Shown here: piece by piece, positions 50,446 to 57,452 of the stretch
Layout of the letters: each line of letters opens with the position of its first letter
Numbering within the stretch: the stretch's first letter is position 1
Source: Octopus sinensis
Taxonomy: Eukaryota
Reading direction: 5' to 3'
Length of the DNA: 57,452 nt
Assembly: GCF_006345805.1 (NCBI RefSeq)
Contig: NW_021835003.1
Location: forward strand, 1 to 57,452
Made by a program: the position numbers and the translations under genes
The notes under the pieces: generated by a model
Seen by the model: the letters and a program-made list of their open reading frames with translations, nothing else
Databases searched by the model: none
What the model was told of the DNA's origin: nothing

Positions 50446-50881
50446 GGTCTTGTGCTTAAGTTCTTGTTGTAGTAAGAACATTTAATTCCAAAATATATTA
50501 TGAAATATCATAGCTTGCTAAGGAAAAATAGAGTATAGTCGTCTAACTTAGATTCAAAATAATCAAACCGTGATATGAGCATAAAAAAATATTAGGGTCT
50601 GTAGGGTTCGGTAATGCAGTGGAAAATTGATAAAGTCAATGCAAATTGGTGAGATTTCTTTCGTTCCCAATCTGTGGTTCCTATCGCCCCTTAAACGAAT
50701 TCGACGACTGATTTAATTTAATGATCACAAAGGCATTCATATGTCTCTAGAGATCGGCATCCCTTTCGCATTCACTCATAAACAATTGATAAATGTCAAA
50801 GCTGGAAGGAAACTGTCGTCAGAACGGTGTTTATCCCAGCATATCAGCACGTATAATAAACTAATATACAGGTGAAGACGA

Positions 50882-51065
50882 AGGTTGGCGAACTGACAGA
50901 ATCGTTAGTGGACTGGGATAAATGCCTGGGATAAAGACATTTCATCTGTCTTTACAGTCTGAGTTCAAATTCCACCGAGATCGACTTTGCTTTTAATTCT
51001 TTCGGATGAATAAGTCCCAGTTGAAATCGACTTACCCTCCTCTCTTGATCTTTCTAGCGTTGTGC
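50882..51065 (+). mobile_element. Old SINE B0
   Basis: Diverged B consensus. Confidence 0.6.
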
Positions 51066-51666
51066 CAGAAACCAATATACAGGCTCAGACCTGGTGTGGA
51101 AGTTTTGAAGTTTGCTTCGCAAAACATGCGGATCCGGGTTGGACTGCATTGTGTGACGCCTTAAGTAAGTGTCTCGAGTTGGGCAATACTCTCTCTTTCA
51201 GCGGTGCTGTTTCAACTGACGTCAGGTTGGCACTTAATAAAGGAAGTTTGTATTCTTCGTCACCATTGCCTTGTTGTTTCAAACACTGTAAGTCGGAATC
51301 TGATTCTAGAGCAATGGATCATGTCTGTATGGCTGCACAAAAACAAGCATATTTGGTGGATCTATTAAACTTTAGAACTTCAAAATTGATGTGTGCTTTA
51401 AATATCTTGGTAAGGAGTGGACTTTAGAGAACGAAACATTTAAATTTTGTCTAAGGTTTGGAAGCCTCCAACTTCTGGAGTCCTTCTTCTGAAAGAGGGG
51501 ATGCCATATTTGCCTGCTTGGGGTCTCCTTGGCAAATGGTCTGTGAATCCTTGTGAGGTAAAGAACAAACTGTTTTCCTTACGAGGTAATTTCCTGTTGA
51601 GGACCCTAAAAGGGACTATAAGAGTTATATTGAAGTGCGCTTTGTCACTGTAATGTTCAGAAGCTC

Positions 51667-51698
<32 letters not shown>

Positions 51699-51701
<3 letters not shown>

Positions 51702-51979
51702 TTGTGTCCTTGAGCAAGACACTTTATTTCACGTTGCTCCAGTCCACTCAGCTGGAAAAACTGAGTTGTACCTGTATTTCAAGGGGCCGGCTTTGTCACA
51801 CTCTGTGTCACGCTGAATCTCCCTGAGAACTACGTTAAGGGCACACGTGTCTGTGGAGTGCTCAGCCACTTACACGTTAATTTCACGAGCAGGCTGTTCC
51901 GTTGATCGGATCAACCGGAACCCTCGCCGTTGTAACCGGCGGAGTGCTTCCATCCATATATATATATATATTATATATA

Positions 51980-52028
<49 letters not shown>

Positions 52029-52280
52029 TTGTGTCCTTGAGCAAGACACTTTATTTCACGTTGCTCCAGTCCACTCAGCTGGCAAAACTGAGTTGTACCT
52101 GTATTTCAAGGGGCCGGCTTTGTCACACTCTGTGTCACGCTGAATCTCCCTGAGAACTACGTTAAGGGCACACGTGTCTGTGGAGTGCTCAGCCACTTAC
52201 ACGTTAATTTCACGAGCAGGCTGTTCCGTTGATCGGATCAACCGGAACCCTCGCCGTTGTAACCGGCGGAGTGCTTCCAT

Positions 52281-52283
<3 letters not shown>
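51699..52283 (+). repeat. Two headless SINE copies (E centre + tail 1), 258 bp each, separated by (TA)n
   Basis: 51699-51956 vs 52026-52283 differ at one base. Confidence 0.92.
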
Positions 52284-52317
<34 letters not shown>

Positions 52318-52318
<1 letters not shown>

Positions 52319-52930
52319 GAGGTGGTACCCAAAGGAGATCAGAATTTTGCAGTATTATATTATTCACTTAGTTTATATGTTTACACTTTTATTGCCATCA
52401 AAGAATTCTCCAATTGAAGCAATGCATCGGTCCAGGCGCGTTTTCCACTATTCGAAGCTTTGCTGAAATTGTTGCGAAGTGATGCCTTTTAAGGCCTCTG
52501 ACGTTTTTTTTTGTTACCCCTTCCACATCTGCAAATTCCGTAGCACCAGCTTTCGTCACCAGCAACGACCTTCGAAAAACGGTCGGAATCAACTTCCAAC
52601 TGTTCTTTTAGTTCATGACACTCTTTTCAGCCATGACTGCTTTTGATCTTTCGTGAGAAAACGAGGCATAGATTCTGCTACAACCATTTTCCTTCTGCTA
52701 TTCCTCTCTCAGAATTCGTTGACAGGAGAGGAGCTGTAGGACACATCAACCATATCAACAAGTTCGTCAATTGTTCGGTGACGGTCCTCCAAGGCCAGTT
52801 CATGAATTTTTATGATGTTTTCATTCGTTCGGGAGGTCGCCGGTCGCCCTCAATGAGGTTGACCTTCAAGTGACACGTGACCATTCCTAAAGCGTAAAAA
52901 CCACTCGTAACCACTCCGTCGGGTCGACAT
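52318..52930 (-). mobile_element. Internally deleted mariner remnant
   Basis: TA|CGAGGTGGTACCCAAA terminus; GRPATSRTNENIIKIHELALEDRHRTIDEL; WKTRLDRCIASIGEFFDG. Confidence 0.75.
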
Positions 52931-52984
52931 TTTCACTTAGATATTCTATCAGTGCTTTAGTTTCTATAGTTATTGGCTTCAAAA

Positions 52985-53588
52985 CTTGGCATTAGGCCAG
53001 CAAGTTCGGCGGAGGAACTGAGTCGATTACATCGATCCCCAATACTTAACTCGTACTTATTTTATCCACCCCGAAAGGATGCAAGGCATAGTCCACTTCG
53101 GTGGAATTTGAACTGAGAACGTAAAGACGGACGAAATACCGCTGTGCATTATGTCCGGCTTGCTAACGGTTCTTATTTCTTTATTACCCACAAGGGGCTA
53201 AACACAGAGGGGACAAACAAGGACAGACATAGGTATTAAGTCAATTACATCGACCCCAGTGCGTAACTGGTCCTTAATTCATCGACCCCGAAAGGATGAA
53301 AGGCAAAGTCGACCTTCGCGGAATTTGAACTCAGAACGCAAAGACAGATGAAATACCTATTTCTTTACTACCCACAAGGGGCTAAAGACAGAGAGGACAA
53401 ACACGGACAGACAAACTGATTAAGTCGATCATATCGACCCCAGTGCGTAACTGGTACTTATTTAATCGACGTCGAAAGGATGAAAGGCAAATCGACCTCG
53501 GCGGAATTTAAACTCAGAACGCAACGGCAGACGAAATACCGCAAAGCATTTCGCCCGGCGTGCAAACGATTCTGCCAGCTCACCGCCT
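52985..53588 (-). mobile_element. Old B0 copy plus two-unit SINE B
   Basis: Family consensus. Confidence 0.85.
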
Positions 53589-53686
53589 AACACAATAACA
53601 GTTACCGAGTCCACTAATTAAACTTTACTGTGTAGATAGAAATACGTTGCCGATGTATAAGTAAGTATGTATGCATGCATGAATCC

Positions 53687-53795
<109 letters not shown>

Positions 53796-54383
53796 TAGTA
53801 TATTACATTTTATATCGATATATCTATTTATACCAATCTGCAACATTTGCAATAGATAAGAATCTAAATGTGATTTCCGATATTTGCTATACGAATACGA
53901 AATTTTCATGTGCAATAAAGTCTTAGTTTTTTTAATTTCATTCTTATTAAAAAAACCAACAAACAAACCAAGCCTCTGCTTGTATTATAGCTTCTAGGCG
54001 TGTTATTTTCGTCTTCTATATATATATATACAAAACCACAGTAATTACATCTTAGCTGTACAGCTGAAGGGTTTCTTTTATTTCTGTGTTGTATCTCGAT
54101 TCATTTGACAGAGATTCTGGAGATTTATATAAAACATTACAACGGAATAACAATTAACGTTTCCCATAAAAAAAATCTATTATTATCTTCTACCACCAAT
54201 TTCCTATTTATTATCAACGGTTTAACACAAACTGAAGAGCGACGAGTTTTAATGCTTTCCTGCATTTACATAGCGGTTTGTCGCTAACCCAGTCCGAGTT
54301 CAAATCCTACCGTGGCCAGTTTTTTTTTTTTTATCTTTCGTTGGTATCAAATTTTGGGATAAGGTCAGCAGAGAAATGGATGG

Positions 54384-55033
54384 GAGATCTTTTCGGTTTG
54401 AGCGGCGGTTTTTTAAAATAATTTCCACGTAACTAAACACTTTTAAACTTCGTATACTGGTAGAATGTGTTTATAAAACATCTTTTTCTCTTGGCTTTAT
54501 TGAGAAAATTCTATAGTTTGTCAGATATTTGTTGTTTTTTTTCTTCAATTTCTGCAATTTCAACCAATAACTGACGTCTGTTGAGGTAAAAACATTCTGT
54601 GCCGTATGAAAATGTCCCTCGTTTAAGAAACAGATTGGGTTTATTTATATTTCTGAAGAAAAAAAGATACCCTCCCCCATCCCTAACCCTTATAAAACAT
54701 CTTTTTCTCTTGGCTTTATTGAGAAAATTCTATAGTTTGTAAGATATTTGTTGTTTTTTCTTCTTCAATTTCTGCAATTTCAACCAATCACTGACGTCTG
54801 TTAAGGTGAAAACATTCTGTGCCGTATGAATATGTCCCTCGTTTAAGAAACAGATTGGGTTTATTTACATTTGTGAAGAAAAAAGATAGCCTTCCCCCCA
54901 CCCCTAACCCTAACTCTAACCCTAACCCTAAAACAGATTGAAATGCAATAGATCGATACTAGGGTCATAATTATGGGTGACAATTTCATATGACACCGCT
55001 AGAAAAAACTGCCGTTCAAACCGAAAAGATCCG
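54384..55033 (+). mobile_element. Telomeric-repeat MITE with ~220-bp internal tandem duplication
   Basis: Block 54470-54690 repeated at 54690-54910. Confidence 0.85.
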
Positions 55034-55035
55034 AA

Positions 55036-55232
55036 GTGGGTAAGTCGATTACATCGAACCCGATGTCCAACTGACACTTATTTTATCGACCCCGAAAAGA
55101 TGAATGGCGAAATCGACCTCGGCGAAATTTGAACTCAGAACGTAAAAAATGGACGAAATGCCACCAAGCATTCTGGCCGGGGGGTGAGGTGGGCGAGGTG
55201 GGGTGCTAACGATTCTGCCAGCGCGACGACTT
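55036..55232 (-). mobile_element. Old SINE B0
   Basis: Diverged B consensus. Confidence 0.7.
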
Positions 55233-55257
55233 AGTTTTTCTCCTTCATTACAGCGGC

Positions 55258-55702
55258 GGGATCTTTTCGGTTTGAACGGCAGTTTTTTCTAGCGGTGTCA
55301 TATGAAATTGTCACCCATAATTATGACCCTAGTATCGATCTATTGTATTTCAATCTGTTTTAGGGTTAGGGTTAGAGTTAGGGTTAGGGTTAGGGTTAGG
55401 GGTGGGAAGAAGGGTATCTTTTTTTCTTCAGAAATGTTAATAAACCCAATCTGTTTCTTAAACGAGGGACATTTTCATACGGCACAGAATGTTTTTTTAC
55501 CTCAACAGACGTCAGTGATTGGTTGAAATTGCAGAAATCGAAGAAAAACAACAACAAATATCTTACAAACTATAGAATTTTCTCAATAAAGCCAAGAGAA
55601 AAAGATGTTTTATAAACACATTCTACCAGTATACGAAGTTTAAAAGTGTTTAGTTACGTGGAAATTATTTTAAAAAACTGCCGTTCAAACCGAAAAGATC
55701 CC
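55258..55702 (-). mobile_element. Telomeric-repeat MITE
   Basis: TIRs; AGCGGC TSD; (TTAGGG)n at ~55360-55400. Confidence 0.9.
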
Positions 55703-55963
55703 AGCGGCGTCATTAAGTTTAGGCAGTAATTAACGGTTTCCAAAGGATGCTGTGAATTCAATGTAGGTGTGCTACGAAAATAGTTAAATTGTATTTTTAA
55801 AAAATGTGAAGAATACTTACTGAAATGGTAAATATAAAATCTTAATAACGATGTTTCATTTATTGAAGACGTAGAAGTAGTTTTTGTAGTTAAAATTTAT
55901 TACAGATTAGAATTTGCATATATTCCTTCACTTTTGAAAATACTTTTCAGTCGCACATATATA

Positions 55964-56360
55964 GGTGCAGGAGTGGCTGTGTGGTAAGTAGCTTGCTTAC
56001 CAACCACATAGTTCCAGGTTCAGTCCCACTGCGTGGCACCTTGGGCAAGTGTCTTCTACTATAGCCTCGAGCCGACCAAAGCCTTGTGAGTAGATTTGGT
56101 AGACGGAAACTGAAAGAAGCCCGTCGTATATATGTATATGTATATATATGTGTGTGTGTTTGTGTGTCTTTGTTTGTCACCCCAACATCGCTTGACAACC
56201 GATGCTGGTGTGTTTACGTCCCCGTCACTTAGCGGTTCGGCAAAACAGACCGATAGAATAAGTACTAGGCTTACAAAGAATAAGTCCTGGGCTCGATTTG
56301 CTCGACTAAAGGCGGTGCTCCAGCATGGCCGCAGTCAAATGACTGAAACAAGTAAAAGAG
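55964..56360 (+). mobile_element. SINE A
   Basis: Family consensus. Confidence 0.9.
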
Positions 56361-56361
56361 C

Positions 56362-56395
<34 letters not shown>

Positions 56396-56538
56396 ATATA
56401 TTATACTCATTATCTTTTATTAAACTTTGAATACTTTTGATATATATTTAAAATAATATAAATTAATTAATTTTATGTATTGGCTTATGTTTTTCATTTT
56501 TGTTTGCCTAATAGTGGTTTTATCTCTAATTTAAATTA

Positions 56539-56588
<50 letters not shown>

Positions 56589-56820
56589 TATATATATATA
56601 TATATATATACATGTATATATTATATATAAAATATATATATATATATATATAATATATATATATATTATATATATAATATATATATATATATTATATATA
56701 TATATATATATAATATATATATGCATATTTTTATGTACATTCGGACATCGGGAGAAGAAATTCGCTTATACACAACATGGGTGTAAACACATTAGTAGGC
56801 TATAAAAGATGTCATCAAAG

Positions 56821-56865
56821 CGTAAGACGTACGCATTTCTGCGTCATTGCGCTTCATCAGTTACA
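56821..56865 (-). ncRNA. Type I hammerhead ribozyme candidate with GUC site
   Basis: TGTAA-CTGATGA-AGCG(CAATGA)CGCA-GAAA-TG(CGTA)CG-TC-TTACG. Confidence 0.6.
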
Positions 56866-57245
56866 TACACAAAGCCACTAAGAGCTGCTCGCTGCTATAT
56901 CAAAATAGGAAATTGGACATTTCTGTTGATGTTCGAAGTGTTTTGTCATGCTGGAATACATCGATTAGAGGCGCACTAAGCATGTTCATTTCAACACGTT
57001 AACCTGTTCGTGTATATTCACTATATTGTCTATATGGAGAATTTCTTCTCTCGAGTCATGTTGTGCAGGATATTGCTTTTCCTTGTCCACACAACATGTC
57101 TACACAAACATGCTAAGTGTGACTGCAGATGACTATGTTTCATTCGACGTTACTTACAGTGACTCTATCACCAAATGTACAAATTTGCTATTGCAATACG
57201 GAAGCAATCTGCTCGTAGTCGCCGTGAAAGACGATTCGGTATGTC

Positions 57246-57452
57246 ACTTTACTCTTTTACTTGTTTCAGTCATGTGACTGTGGCCGTGCTGGAGCACCGC
57301 CTTTAGTCGATCAAATCGATCCCAGGACTTATTCTTTTTAAGCCTAGTACTTATTTTATCGGCCTCTTTTTTGCCGAACCGCTAAGTAACGGGGACGTAA
57401 GCACACCAGCATCGGTTGTCAAGCGATGTTGGGGCGACAAACACAGACACAC
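57246..57452 (-). mobile_element. SINE A 3' half, running off window
   Basis: Family consensus. Confidence 0.88.

Noticed and set aside
51190-51650. Possible RT fragment (FQKKDSRSWRLPNLR)
   Set aside because: Single weak motif with many stops; unassignable
55360-55400. Telomere or chromosome fusion site
   Set aside because: Short tract at a fixed position inside a 4-copy MITE

Overview
AT-rich, repeat-saturated eukaryotic DNA with no intact protein-coding gene. The SINE families and (TA)n/(TAA)n density suggest an octopus genome (inference from recalled families, not checked). Nearly all ORF-track entries are microsatellite or SINE translations. Contents: (1) several tRNA-headed SINE families, labelled A, B, C, E, F here, with swapped central and tail modules; (2) decayed autonomous elements: a Chapaev3-like CMC transposon rebuilt across nested SINEs, two mariners, a DD37D/maT fragment, two R4/Dong-like RLE LINEs, Penelope-like GIY-YIG remnants, RTE- and L1-like endonuclease fragments; (3) non-autonomous elements: Helitrons, a pogo-like MITE, a 4-copy MITE with telomeric repeats, a solo LTR; (4) long microsatellites and local duplications. 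Best leads: a tRNA-headed SINE ending in a minimal hammerhead-ribozyme motif (family F), further hammerhead-like motifs, SINE B inserting as head + 184-bp multimers with a fixed junction, and an unidentified ~444-bp coding-like tandem/inverted unit. Family names rest on motif recall and no searches were run. Coordinates were read by eye and may be off by a few bases.
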